The notes under the pieces: model-generated
Seen by the model: the letters and a program-made list of their open reading frames with translations, nothing else
What the model was told of the DNA's origin: nothing
Database searches by the model: none
Made by a program: the position numbers and the translations under genes
Shown: one piece after another, positions 54,601-63,070 of the stretch
Layout: every line of letters starts with the position of its first letter
Numbering within the stretch: the first letter of the stretch is position 1
From: a virus
Length of the DNA: 64,000 nucleotides
IMG/VR virus record: IMGVR_UViG_3300027759_000079
Span: 4,850-68,849 of that record
Direction: 5' to 3' (one strand)

Positions 54601-57237
54601 GCTGGAAATTCTTTAGGATATTCAACATACGGATTCCCAAAAAACTTTTATGTAAAACAAAGTGGTCAAAAAATACCGATCACAACAGAATTAACAACTG
54701 CTCATATTACTGGAACATTCCTTTCTTTAGGTATAAATAAAATTCATGTTGGAGCAGGACCACTTGGAGAAAGTAATTTAGCTACGCTAGCGGAAGGTTC
54801 CGGTTTAGGTTATAGCGGATTAGTATATGGAACTGGTTATCCTATTGGTTATTATAATTTAAACGTAGATACATCAGCCAGAAACTTAGATTTACTTTCA
54901 GCTGGAAGCAGTTATGTGTTAAGTGGTTCAGGAGTTGAACCTAAATATTACAAAACTATCGCTACAAAAGAAGAAGAGGCTAATCAGTATGCTATTGTTG
55001 GATTGCAGTATATGCCAGACAAAGAAAACTTTGTAGAGAGAGAAATTGCGGATAATTCACCAAGCCAATACGTTACTTCGCCTTATGATAAAATCATAAA
55101 GCCAGATCCAGTATCAGCTATCACAAATACAGGTATATACGGAGGAACTGGATTAGATGTTACTTGGCAGCAAGTAACAAGTACACCAATTAACGGTTAT
55201 AAAATATATGTAAGCAGACCAGACTATTCAAATACTAACGATTCTGCTTTAACCGAGTTTTTCGCAGTACCATCTGGGACTAACAAGGTTACTATCCCAA
55301 TTAATCAAAAATGGGGACAATACGATATTGATGTTTATAGTCAAGGAATTACTCCTTACAAATTTTTGTCTGATGGCGCTGCGTCAATCGCTATTCAAGT
55401 TTTACCAAATCCAACATTGCAGATTGGTGGAACAACGGTTAATTCTGTATTGGTTAGTGGAATTAAATTAGATACAGCTGATACAGATAGCTTAAGATAT
55501 AATATTGGTTACAAATCTTCTGATTCCTGCTTTACTGGCGTTGGCGTAGGAAACTTTACATCAGCCGATTTAACATTTAGATGGAAGTATATTGATCCTA
55601 CAGGCGGAATAATTTCTAACATTGATCAGATGAGGCGCAATCCTTTTATCGAGTTTCCTCCAAAAGTAACTTTGGAAATCATCAATGAAGGTGGCGCGGT
55701 TTTAGAGACTGTAAAACAATACCAAGGATTTTCTTACAGAATAGATGAAAATGCTAATAAGAAATTAGTGAGCAAGGAGCAAAGTAACTATCAAAACGTA
55801 CAAGCTTCTAGAAACTTAGGATTGAGAATCAAAATCGAAGATACCAATGGTAAATCTTTTACTGGAATTTATCAAGCGACAAACATTCCTCCTTCGTATA
55901 AAGAAATTGAAGTTATCGACTCTTACCAAGATTCGCCGTATCAAATTCTTTCTGGTATTTATGGAAATCAATCCTACCAAAGATTAGCTGTATGGTGCAG
56001 TGGCGCAAATAATATCGTTACTGGCTCTGGATTAAGAGATAGTGCTGGCGCTATGCTTAGAAGTGAAGACGAGAGAGATGTTTCTTATGGAGATATAGTA
56101 TCTGCATTTTTAAGAGCGACAGGATTTAATGGAATTGAAGAAGGAGCAATTCCTTCTGTTGCTGGAATTACTATCAATTACAGAGGTGATGGAGATCCAG
56201 ACTACGAGGCTTATGTCAATCTATATGGAGACTTACTGGACTTTTATAATAAGAATGTTGATAAATCAAAATCTAAAGAAAGTTTTGGATTAGAGCATTA
56301 TACAGCTTATGGAATAAATGAAGGAAGAGAGGTGCCGAAAACCAAAAACAATCCAATGGGAATTGCTGATTTAGACGCTGTGCCTACTGGCAAAATAGGA
56401 TTCTCTGGAATTGCTATGACAGTTTTACCAGAAAAAGTTTCTTTTAACAAGATTGTATTTAACTGTTCTTCACCTTTGTCAAATAAAGATGTTTATAAAG
56501 TGGATATATACACGGGAGATGTATCAGGTTTCGTTCCAGACGTATCGAAGAAAACGAACTATCATAGAGAGTATCTAATGACTGATACCAGAAGATTGCT
56601 TAACATCATAGAATTGAGCGACGAATCAATAAAGAGATCAACAGACTATTACTATAAATTCTTACCTTACGATGATTTTGGCAGCGGTATCATGTCTGCT
56701 GTTTGTAGCGGTTATTTAGTTAACGAAGAGAGAGAAGCTATAACTAAATCTTATAAGAAGAAAACACTTAACGGAAACGCTGACGAAGGAGAAATCAGTG
56801 CAGCTGATATGACCGAAGATATTAGATACAAAATAGTATCATTAGGCACAATCAACTGGAACGGAATTGGGCTTAATGCAGCTACAGTAGCAGAAATAAA
56901 CGTAGAATTTGTTTACAACGGAGAAACTATAACAGGAAGCAACGGCGTAGTTCAAAGAATAGAAAAACCTGAAATCATCGCACCAGCAGAAATGGACATA
57001 CTCCATGTTTTTAATACAAACAGTAATTCTACTGTAGTTGTCCCAGAAGATGTTGTTGAAGGGTCGTCGTTAAATTTCGTGAACATTGGAGAACACGATA
57101 TTTACGTCAACAATCCAGACGGAGATACAGCTAATGGTGAAAACATAACTGTATTGAAGCCTAACGAAAGAGTCGAATTATTTAAAATAAATGGACTCTG
57201 GATTGATCCAAGAGGCGATAATCTTTACTTAGATTAA
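51646..57237 (+). CDS. tail tip/host specificity protein J, main part
   Basis: YPMAAHVG, WDGTFKIAWTDNPAWVLYD, RYCD, EPRYTCN, GCTSRSEAKRIGRY, FN3-like segments. Confidence 0.92.
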   Translation: MSDDPNEPQSTETSPITQNEMLSADIVLPPSVNGRDRFILIEKKSPETINPLVKREVSVEAVIEVIDRNFSYPMAAHVGLKFDSRTFSSIPSKKFDVKMKKVKVPSNYYPTGGNGLDRRYVYPNPDYDADPNTLDVVFMVDQNMNFATRALLKRNLKDIISKLISGYKYTRASIWQTSNGTNTTINEKTGDIINNFTFFSDDGAFFEIETPDSDGANNTNLYKKLFDALSSTQISTNPDETIIANYFLRKTQFSITDTVGQSSEGSTLKHVWENTVRKVIYFSGSTPETMSENTYDTLLSHARESCINIYYFHNDSDFSGTRTLRELAEDTGGAKFCMLHDSDVKLTQFCDNNFYDSNKIYYGDWDGTFKIAWTDNPAWVLYDIITDPNYGLGNYIDSKAVDKWTLYDIGRYCDCVDDDGRFRGVPDGKGGLEPRYTCNIIFYNKDEAYNVLKDISAVFKGILYWTTEGFSFFADMPKQAVMQFANSSVKDGVFNYEDTAKNLRYTCVEITYNDRYDFYKPKVEYVEDSEGIVKYGLNPFKVNAAGCTSRSEAKRIGRYVMSTSMHESEVVNFTAGIEGSYLQIGDLFTISDEIKNVARTFGRILDVDSANKTIKIDGEFQQGLSSGIFVHIPSGNYKVSDLNALNDSDGNFTGTLENIRARRQSQLKQLNIKQVQDDTYGCTLTVTGNFLMDSVITDVHLEEGRLSGAVTTGDSVLTGIVYRFPENTIADGNPTWDTLSYQQVTGVFNEVGLDVDLIGEAGTGQLIAPVSNNWLGKIDYKLNGSNSFFYANGSAQVEVNTNAVAIAEISATNGSRINSATVSNLDDVWGSSIYTSAVTGNVIAIFTRGPVVSNSYAASNANWKNLAATEVFKIGKNISATSTSFGYAAAFVKGGYRIIERASKNLSDQGSLTFYYRDLLALSKLRPYYTISQADIGNNQATNLKDWTFDFAYKVGDRVKNNGNVYLCVQDHKSPTTFEVGNKWTAGNSLGYSTYGFPKNFYVKQSGQKIPITTELTTAHITGTFLSLGINKIHVGAGPLGESNLATLAEGSGLGYSGLVYGTGYPIGYYNLNVDTSARNLDLLSAGSSYVLSGSGVEPKYYKTIATKEEEANQYAIVGLQYMPDKENFVEREIADNSPSQYVTSPYDKIIKPDPVSAITNTGIYGGTGLDVTWQQVTSTPINGYKIYVSRPDYSNTNDSALTEFFAVPSGTNKVTIPINQKWGQYDIDVYSQGITPYKFLSDGAASIAIQVLPNPTLQIGGTTVNSVLVSGIKLDTADTDSLRYNIGYKSSDSCFTGVGVGNFTSADLTFRWKYIDPTGGIISNIDQMRRNPFIEFPPKVTLEIINEGGAVLETVKQYQGFSYRIDENANKKLVSKEQSNYQNVQASRNLGLRIKIEDTNGKSFTGIYQATNIPPSYKEIEVIDSYQDSPYQILSGIYGNQSYQRLAVWCSGANNIVTGSGLRDSAGAMLRSEDERDVSYGDIVSAFLRATGFNGIEEGAIPSVAGITINYRGDGDPDYEAYVNLYGDLLDFYNKNVDKSKSKESFGLEHYTAYGINEGREVPKTKNNPMGIADLDAVPTGKIGFSGIAMTVLPEKVSFNKIVFNCSSPLSNKDVYKVDIYTGDVSGFVPDVSKKTNYHREYLMTDTRRLLNIIELSDESIKRSTDYYYKFLPYDDFGSGIMSAVCSGYLVNEEREAITKSYKKKTLNGNADEGEISAADMTEDIRYKIVSLGTINWNGIGLNAATVAEINVEFVYNGETITGSNGVVQRIEKPEIIAPAEMDILHVFNTNSNSTVVVPEDVVEGSSLNFVNIGEHDIYVNNPDGDTANGENITVLKPNERVELFKINGLWIDPRGDNLYLD

Positions 57238-58289
57238 AGCTTAATATCGAAAACAGATTCGTCCATCTTGTTATCTACGCCTTTAACGTAGGACGAGATT
57301 TCTGTTTCTTGAGGCGCGACTTGAATCTTCTTGCTGTCATAGAAGCTATTCAACCATCCAGAAAGAGGATTAGCTTTAACATTATAGATTTTCTTGTAAC
57401 CCATAGAAGTTAAACGGTTATCAGCAAGCCATTCAACGTAGTTCTTAAGCGAATCAGAGGTTAAACCAATCAAGCTGCCGCGAGAGAAAAGGTAATCGGC
57501 CCATTCTTTTTCTGCGTCCACCGCCATACGATAAGCTTCGTAAACACGGTCTTCATTGTTCTTGGTTATTTCTTGAAAGCCTTCTTTTGGATTGTCGCGG
57601 AGAATTTTAAAGATATTCTGCGTGATAGCGACATGAAGATTTTCGTCTCTAGAGATCAGATTAATAATCTTTGCGTTCCCTTCCATCTTGCCGCGATATC
57701 CGAAATAGAACGAGCAAGCGAACGAGACATAGAAGGTAAGACCTTCGGTGATTTGGGTAGCCAACAAAGCATCAAAGATCTGCTGTTTAGGATCGCTGCT
57801 CTTAGTATTCAAGAGCGCGTCATATCGGCTAGAAATAGCTTCTGCGCGTTTAACAATCTCTTTATCTTCTAAGATAGAATCAAAGAACTTAGTAGCATCA
57901 GGATGTACATTTTGGAGAATGTAAGTATAGCTATTGCTATGAATAGTTTCAAAGAAAGACCATACATTCATGCAAATTTCAAGCTCTGGATTGCTAACGT
58001 AATCAGCAAGAGAGTTGATGCTGCGCGAAAGCATAGAGTCAGTCATCGTTTGAAAACGAAGGTTGCTATCAAAAACGAAACGTTCTTCTGGAGACAAGTT
58101 CTTGTAATCAGCAGAATCTTTAGTAAGATTAACCTCTTGTGGCCGCCAAAAGAAGTTCATCTGTTGATCATAAAGATCATAGAACTTTGGATACTTCAAG
58201 CGGTCATAACGCTGAATAGCTAAATCTTCGCCAAGAAAGATCGGCTGTTTAAGAGAATCTGTGTTTATGGTGTTTAATACTGTTTTCAT
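57234..58289 (-). CDS. nrdB: class Ia ribonucleotide reductase beta subunit
   Basis: FFWRPQEV, ETIHSNSY, EGLTFYVSF, RDENLH, APQETEISSY. Confidence 0.96.
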   Translation of the reverse strand: MKTVLNTINTDSLKQPIFLGEDLAIQRYDRLKYPKFYDLYDQQMNFFWRPQEVNLTKDSADYKNLSPEERFVFDSNLRFQTMTDSMLSRSINSLADYVSNPELEICMNVWSFFETIHSNSYTYILQNVHPDATKFFDSILEDKEIVKRAEAISSRYDALLNTKSSDPKQQIFDALLATQITEGLTFYVSFACSFYFGYRGKMEGNAKIINLISRDENLHVAITQNIFKILRDNPKEGFQEITKNNEDRVYEAYRMAVDAEKEWADYLFSRGSLIGLTSDSLKNYVEWLADNRLTSMGYKKIYNVKANPLSGWLNSFYDSKKIQVAPQETEISSYVKGVDNKMDESVFDIKL

Positions 58290-58292
58290 TTT

Positions 58293-60590
58293 TTATAAGG
58301 CGCAAGCTCCACTAGAGCAGTTATCTACTTCTTCTACTTCTGGTTCTAATTCTGTTTTTTTAACTTCTGTCGCTGAACCAAGTACGGTTTGTGTATCGCC
58401 GTCAAATGTGTTTGTATAGTAAAGATTTTTAATACCATACTTATAAGCCAACAGGATATCACGAACAAGATCGGTTTGTGGCGGAACTTTGTTTGGATAA
58501 TTCGCTGTATTGTAATACAAGTTTGTTGACATACTCATATCTACGAATTTTTGAATGGCAGCAGCTATTTTAAGATAGCCATCGTTGCTTGGCATTTCAG
58601 AAGCGATAGTGTAATGCTGTTTGTACTCTTTAATATTCGGTACAACGACAGAGATAACACCAGCTTTTGAACGTTTAAACGAGATTAGAGAGCGAGGAGG
58701 TTCAATGCCGTTTGTTGAAGACTGAATTACAGAACTAGATTCGACAGGCATAATCGCCGTCAAAGTGCTGTGACGCATACCGTGTTGAGCGATTTCTTTG
58801 CGAAGACCTTCCCAATCAAAATGGAGTTTTTCTGTAACGAACTCATCAACGTTCTTGCAGTAAGTATCTATCGGCAAAATACCTTGAGAGAATTTGGTCA
58901 AATGGAACTTTTCGCACTTACCCTTTTCTTTAGCGACTTCAACAGAAGCTTTGATAAGATTATAGCTCACAGATTCCATAAGCGCGGCTACCTTATTAGG
59001 AGCTTGCTTATCAAAATACTTCATTTGACGCTCGGCCAACCAAGCGGCCAAATTGGTAACACCAACACCAAGGCTGCGACGTTTCTTAGCAAAGTTTTCA
59101 GCAGCAGGAACAAAATAATTTTGATGGTCGATCAACTCTTCAAGCATACGGACAATAACGTCGCATACTGATTCCATTTCATCTTCTGAGATTTCTAGAA
59201 GATTGACGGCAGAAAGGATACAAACTCCGATTTCGCCATCTTTATCATTAACATCTTTGATTGCAGTTAAAGGATGGTTAACTTCCAAACAGAGATTAGC
59301 AGTATCAACTTGTTCAGTCCAAGAACCATGAGAGTTAGCATGGTCAACATTCATCAAATAAATGCGCCCAGTCTCAACACGCTCTTTAGAGAACAGGAAA
59401 AGAAGCTCTCTGGCATTAACTACCTTTTTAAATTTAATTTTATTATTGTTTTCTGCTGCTTCGTAAAGCTCTTTGAAACCTTCCATACCAAAGTTATTCC
59501 ATAGTTCAGGAACTTCATGGTAAGAGAATAAGGTCACTGTCTTGTTAGACATGGCGCGATCATAGAACAAACGATCAAAACCAATGCAGTAGTCGAGCTT
59601 ACGGACACGATTGTCGTCTGTGCCAGCGTTGTTCTTTAAAACCATAATGTCTTCAATGTCGTGGTGGAACCACGCAACATTAACAGTCGCAGATCCGCCA
59701 CGGATGCCATTTTGATGGCAAGACTTAACGGTGGACTCAAACATCTTCAAGAACGGAATTGGGCCAGTATGACTGACCATGCCGCCTTTAACTGGGCTGT
59801 TTACGGCGCGAATACGGCTGATATTCATGCCAATGCCGTATCGGTTGGCAGTAGCTAGACCAACAGCGGTATTATTGCCGAAAATCGAATCTAATGTATC
59901 GTCAACAGTGAACAAAGCACACGAAGCGTAAGACTTTAAAGTTGTGCGAACGCCCGCCATAATTGGCGTAGGAAGATTGATCTTGTGTTGGCTAAAATAA
60001 TTGTAGGCGCGTTTAACGTACTGGAGTCTGTTTGAGCTATAATTCTTAAACAGAGTCATAGCAATAAGCATATAAGCAAATTGCGGTGTTTCGTAGATTT
60101 TCTTTGTAGTGCGGTTTTGAACTAAGTATTTCTCGCACAACTGTTTAATACCAGCATAAGTGAACGAAAAATCACGGTCATGTTTTAAATACTCGTCAAT
60201 CTTATGGAACTCTCTTTCATCGTACCACTTAAGAATCTCGGCATCATAAATACCCGAATTAATGTTTTCCTTTACAAAATCAATAAGCTTTGGCGCGTTT
60301 CTGCCGCCCCAAACTTCTTTACGAAGCTGATAGCTTTGCAAACGAGAAGCAACGTATTGATACTGAGGTTTTTCCTCAGAAATAAGATTAGCGGCAGACT
60401 CGATCAAAGTGTTGTGAACATCTTTAGAAGATATTCCATCAAAGAAAGATAAGTTAGCATTAATTCCTACTTCTTCAAGAGAAGTGTCGCTAATACCTTC
60501 ACAAGCCCAAGCTAAAACTTTATTAATTTTGTCAGCATCGAATTTTTCAACTTCGCCGCTTCTTTTCTTTACATTCATTAATTTTTTCAT
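58293..60590 (-). CDS. nrdA: class Ia ribonucleotide reductase alpha subunit with ATP cone
   Basis: VKKRSG cone, PTPIMAG, SCAL, NLCLE, CILSA, MPVESSS, C-terminal CSSGAC. Confidence 0.97.
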   Translation of the reverse strand: MKKLMNVKKRSGEVEKFDADKINKVLAWACEGISDTSLEEVGINANLSFFDGISSKDVHNTLIESAANLISEEKPQYQYVASRLQSYQLRKEVWGGRNAPKLIDFVKENINSGIYDAEILKWYDEREFHKIDEYLKHDRDFSFTYAGIKQLCEKYLVQNRTTKKIYETPQFAYMLIAMTLFKNYSSNRLQYVKRAYNYFSQHKINLPTPIMAGVRTTLKSYASCALFTVDDTLDSIFGNNTAVGLATANRYGIGMNISRIRAVNSPVKGGMVSHTGPIPFLKMFESTVKSCHQNGIRGGSATVNVAWFHHDIEDIMVLKNNAGTDDNRVRKLDYCIGFDRLFYDRAMSNKTVTLFSYHEVPELWNNFGMEGFKELYEAAENNNKIKFKKVVNARELLFLFSKERVETGRIYLMNVDHANSHGSWTEQVDTANLCLEVNHPLTAIKDVNDKDGEIGVCILSAVNLLEISEDEMESVCDVIVRMLEELIDHQNYFVPAAENFAKKRRSLGVGVTNLAAWLAERQMKYFDKQAPNKVAALMESVSYNLIKASVEVAKEKGKCEKFHLTKFSQGILPIDTYCKNVDEFVTEKLHFDWEGLRKEIAQHGMRHSTLTAIMPVESSSVIQSSTNGIEPPRSLISFKRSKAGVISVVVPNIKEYKQHYTIASEMPSNDGYLKIAAAIQKFVDMSMSTNLYYNTANYPNKVPPQTDLVRDILLAYKYGIKNLYYTNTFDGDTQTVLGSATEVKKTELEPEVEEVDNCSSGACAL

Positions 60591-60662
60591 ATTGAAACCA
60601 AAATAGGTAAGATAATTTACAGGTTAAACAGACGTTAATTTTAAACAAAATCCTTTAAGAAA

Positions 60663-61142
60663 CTATTTGTAGTTCTTAACGAAATTGAGTGTATCCACAT
60701 TGAATCCATTGTTCATATAAAACATTTGGACTCTAGGATCGCCGCCATGACTAATGTAGGAGCAGTTTAAGAAGTCAAGGCTTTTTTGCTGAATAAATTC
60801 TTCTACGGCAGAAATTACCTTAATGCCGTCGAGAGAAGACTTTCCACAAGTAACCCAAATGATTTCTTGCACACCTTTCCTACCGCTAACCCAATCAGAG
60901 CTAACTACACCAGCAAAGATTGAGTTGGGTTTTCCGTCTCTAAAATAAACAAAGAAAACAGCGTCATCCTTGAGGGTGAGCAAAGCGGTAACTAGTCTAT
61001 CTTTTAGGTAGTCTAAATTCCACTCTGCTCCCCAATGTTTTTGAGTTTTGCAGATGTTTTGTATCCGCTCGGTCAAAGACATTTCATCAAGAATAGCTTT
61101 AAGCTCAGAAGCTTTAACGATTCTCTTGACCATATTAGACAA
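60663..61142 (-). CDS. GNAT-like protein
   Basis: EIIW...GIKVISAVEEF...FYMNNGF. Confidence 0.5.
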   Translation of the reverse strand: MSNMVKRIVKASELKAILDEMSLTERIQNICKTQKHWGAEWNLDYLKDRLVTALLTLKDDAVFFVYFRDGKPNSIFAGVVSSDWVSGRKGVQEIIWVTCGKSSLDGIKVISAVEEFIQQKSLDFLNCSYISHGGDPRVQMFYMNNGFNVDTLNFVKNYK

Positions 61143-61914
61143 ACTTAATTAAAGCGCGAGCTTCTTTAACTGGAATATCAGTCCAAGTTTTCCATTTAGA
61201 GGCTTCTTCGTTACGGTATGTTTCAGATTTCCAAAGACTGCGTAGAAAATCTTTAAAGCTTTCAAACTCATCTCCACCAGAATTATGTTCAGAGTCTCTG
61301 AATTTATTCTTTAAAACTCCTTGAGGAGTAATATCGCTTGAATGGTCGCTTGCGGCGATTACTTTACCAGAACCTTTCTTGTCGATTTCGTCTTCGCCGA
61401 CGATATGAATACCAAGATAATTGCGGACAGCGCGAACAAAAGCTCGATTGGCTGCAATAGTTTCTAGGAACTTTTGACCAAAACCATCAGTGTTTTCAGA
61501 AGTGGCGTTAGCAACATCCATAGAAGAACAAGCTTCCCAGCTATCTTCACCAGCAATTTGATTGGTGCTTTCAAAATTAGAAATCCAATCTACGGAGCAC
61601 ACAGCAACTACATAATCTTTTTCAAGTTTAGGAAAAGTATATGAAATCCTGCTGTAGCCACGAAGTTTAGCGACTTCTTTAATTCCCGAAAGTTTGATCA
61701 GAAGCTTATTATCTTCCAGCCCTTCGATAGAATCTGGAACTGGTTTACCAAAACGTTCAAACGAGCCTCTATTTGGATAGAGATGCGCTGGTTTGACCAT
61801 AGCTCGCCAGTTTACGGAGCCATCTTGATTGAAAATATAATCTACGTTTTTTAACAACCCTCGTTCGTCACGATTGGTCGGCTTGTCGAATGGTTTTGTG
61901 TTTGAGTCGTTCAT
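61135..61914 (-). CDS. hypothetical protein, Rad52/Sak-like annealing fold suspected
   Basis: LIKLSGIKEVA...ANA...ETIAANRAFVRAVRNYLGI. Confidence 0.4.
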   Translation of the reverse strand: MNDSNTKPFDKPTNRDERGLLKNVDYIFNQDGSVNWRAMVKPAHLYPNRGSFERFGKPVPDSIEGLEDNKLLIKLSGIKEVAKLRGYSRISYTFPKLEKDYVVAVCSVDWISNFESTNQIAGEDSWEACSSMDVANATSENTDGFGQKFLETIAANRAFVRAVRNYLGIHIVGEDEIDKKGSGKVIAASDHSSDITPQGVLKNKFRDSEHNSGGDEFESFKDFLRSLWKSETYRNEEASKWKTWTDIPVKEARALIKFV

Positions 61915-63070
61915 CTTTTATAATGTGGAAGTGTTCTAATTCCTCCCAGAAGACAGGATCATCTACGACTTTTGCCAATCTGTCAAGCTTTGGTTGATTG
62001 CTTTTCCAAGCTAACTTACTGGCGAAAACTTTTTCTTCTGAAAGGATTATCTTTTCAGAGGAAAACAAACACGTTTCATCTATCATGTCAATAGCTTTTG
62101 CGGATTTTTTATCGAAAGTTTCGTCTTTCTCTAGACCAAAATCAAAGAATTTTTCGGCCAACGTTCCCCAATTATCGCCATCTTTAGCGATTAAATCAAT
62201 TTTAATTCCAAGTGATTTAACGTCCTTGAGGTATTCAAGCGTAATTGTATCGTTAGCGATAACCGTGATACCGTGAACCTTAGATTTGATAGCGTCGATA
62301 ACTTTAATAGGAATTTCTTTATCGGTAATGATGTTAAGAAAGCTTATCGAAGCCAAGCGAACAAGATTAGCTTCAGAATAATGGTAATCCATTCTGATGT
62401 TGCAAATTTTATCTTTAATTACGGCTGGAGCCATCAAAGAATCAGGAACGATCTCAATCGTAGGCTTATGATACAAGTCGCCAATATGCAAGGTCTTTAC
62501 TTTATCTAGGTCATTTTCAATGCCAAGTTGATTTAAAGCCGCTCTAGCTACCACCTCTGGCATGAACGTGTTAATCTTCTTCTTTTCTTCTGTAAGCGAA
62601 AAGGATGGCTTGCCTTGAGTCTTCCAGTCAACTTCAAGCAAGGTTTGGTTCGCTGGGTCGCCCCAAAACGGTTTGCAGTTCTGGGCGTAGCAGTAAGGAT
62701 ACATTGCCACGATCTTTGTATTGAAATGACCCGCAAAGTGAGCCGACAAACTATCAATACCAAGATAAAGAGAAGCGTTCTTAATCAGATAAGCTAATTG
62801 AGATAAAGAAGTTTTGCCTCTCAAGTCCATATCGACTGCGCCTACCGATTGATCTGATTCAATTCCAACGTGAATGATTTTGTAATCAGTTGTGTATTCT
62901 TTGATGTGAGAAAATACCTTTGTCCAGTAATCGTACTGACGAGAATTACCTTTACCGCTTGTTTGGAAAACGATATACTTATCAACAGCTAAAGGATAAT
63001 AAGCTTCGTTAACAGTAGGTTTATCAATATAAACGCCGCAAGATAGTGCGTAACGATTAAGTAAGTGCAT
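61868..63070 (-). CDS. GT9-like glycosyltransferase
   Basis: DLRGKTSLSQLAYLIKNASLYLGIDSLSAHFA. Confidence 0.75.
   Translation of the reverse strand: MHLLNRYALSCGVYIDKPTVNEAYYPLAVDKYIVFQTSGKGNSRQYDYWTKVFSHIKEYTTDYKIIHVGIESDQSVGAVDMDLRGKTSLSQLAYLIKNASLYLGIDSLSAHFAGHFNTKIVAMYPYCYAQNCKPFWGDPANQTLLEVDWKTQGKPSFSLTEEKKKINTFMPEVVARAALNQLGIENDLDKVKTLHIGDLYHKPTIEIVPDSLMAPAVIKDKICNIRMDYHYSEANLVRLASISFLNIITDKEIPIKVIDAIKSKVHGITVIANDTITLEYLKDVKSLGIKIDLIAKDGDNWGTLAEKFFDFGLEKDETFDKKSAKAIDMIDETCLFSSEKIILSEEKVFASKLAWKSNQPKLDRLAKVVDDPVFWEELEHFHIIKDERLKHKTIRQADQS

Noticed and set aside
57234-60590. Introns or inteins in nrdA/nrdB
   Set aside because: Both are continuous and of ordinary length
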